Shown here: positions 62,884 through 64,000 of the stretch, one piece after another | How positions within the stretch are numbered: position 1 is the first letter of the stretch | How the letters are laid out: each line of letters starts with the position of its first letter | Assembly: GCA_030390025.1 (NCBI GenBank) | Contig: CM059438.1 | Location: 57,662,001-57,726,000 of the forward strand | DNA: 64,000 nucleotides | Source: Squalus acanthias | Lineage: Eukaryota | Direction of reading: 5' to 3' | Position numbers and translations under genes: made by a program | Notes under the pieces: model-generated | Database searches by the model: none | Seen by the model: the letters and a program-made list of their open reading frames with translations, nothing else | What the model was told of the DNA's origin: nothing

Positions 62884-64000
62884 CTGAACAAACAAAAACA
62901 ACAAATCATTAACTGTGATGCTGGGATTTCTCACTTCAGTTTTTAATAATTTTACTTCAATATTTTCATAACAGTCAAAATATAATTTAAACTATAGAGC
63001 CCAATAAAACAGAAAGAAAAAAACCCACAACATAACAAGTTCCAAAGAGTGACCCTAGCCATGGTAACAGATAAATTAGCATTGAAACATCCAGGGTTAA
63101 CATGAACTCTTTGCACCAAAAGCACACACACGAAAGGGAAATGCAAGAAATCTCGGGGGAGAAATTCCCCTCGAGGGCCATTTGGGGCACTAAGTCAAAA
63201 ATGTTTGAAAAGTTAGCACTAGGCGAAAACCTTTTCAAACATTTGAGAAATTCCCATTTTTTGATCCAAGTGGGAAGTGGAGCGCTAAATCAAGCGCTCA
63301 AATTGCCTCTTGGAGCGGAAGAGGCGGGGAATGTCCCGATCCAGAGCGATGTGCTCAGTAGCGCCACGAGTGGCCACACATGGCGCTGCCGCGTTGCAGG
63401 GGCTCCTCCCTCAATTAAATGGAAGGGCTCCCCGCTGCGAGCTCTGCATTTTTTTAGGTATCTTTTGGAGCACCGGGTCGTGCGAGTGTTGCGCGATCAG
63501 CCTGGCACTCAAGCTCAGTGCCGGGCTGTCATATCGCGGCACTCAGTCCTCGTGCGGTGCTCTGAAATTTTTTTTTTAAATCAGCGATTTTTTTCATGTT
63601 GGCCTGCCGCTGCGCCTTTAAATGGTGCCCCGCGAGTGGCCGGCCTCAGTGTTCGCAACCCCTGCAGCAGTCAGTAATATCGTCCGGCGCTGCTGCGGGG
63701 CGCGAGGAGTAAAGTTTTCTCCTGAGGCGCTACCGGGGCGATGCGCCAGGAGATGACGTCATGATCTCCGGGCGCAGAAGTTCGGGGTGATACCCGGTAG
63801 CACCGCAGCTAATAATTCCACGGGAGGCACGGTTATCGCCTGGGGGGGGGGGGGGGGGGGGGGGGGGTGGGGGGAAAGCCATTTGCGTCCCATTAGCGCC
63901 TCTCACCGGAGGGTTAAATGAGGGGAATTTCGCCCCCCTACTCTCTTATGAGATACCCACTTGATCCTAAAAAAACATTTTCTGAGGTCCTTTTTATTTT

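Larger units (their letters stand above)
2759..64000. repeat. Tandem segmental array of a ~4.5-kb unit (about 7 copies, interrupted by TEs, continuing past the right edge)
   Basis: The same non-TE blocks recur in the same order. Example: gtgtcaagaacagtttccaaattt near 6825, 22325, 35776, 46005, 56934 and 61211; gtactcactgcactggacttg occurs 7 times. Distance between the last two A exons is 4472 bp. Confidence 0.95.

Noticed and set aside
62935..62991. Candidate 57-nt minus exon upstream of exon A
   Set aside because: Stop in phase 2, following intron only ~51 nt, donor lost in the first unit.

Overview
Repeat-dense vertebrate genomic DNA. It is very probably from a cartilaginous fish (shark or ray), judged from an HE1/V-SINE-like element, CR1 LINEs with the shark-type 3' tail, and Penelope pLTR palindromes. 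The backbone is a tandem array of about 7 copies of a ~4.5-kb unit (uninterrupted period 4472 bp), heavily interrupted by nested TEs: PIF/Harbinger transposons and MITEs, CR1, L2, a second CR1/L2-group LINE, RTE, Penelope and a SINE. Almost all long ORFs in the track are TE-derived. The main discovery is invisible to the ORF track: the units carry two types of 30-nt minus-strand microexon (7 type A, 6 type B), all 13 with intact AG/GT splice sites. Spliced together they give a stop-free 130-codon frame encoding a 20-aa Ser/Pro/Arg-rich repeat (RVYPSSSSPVQRPRASLTED). Exons A and B and their intron flanks are homologous, so this is a higher-order microexon array built from a 10-codon monomer. 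I cannot name the host gene; its start and end lie outside the window, and the exon model is inferred from sequence only.
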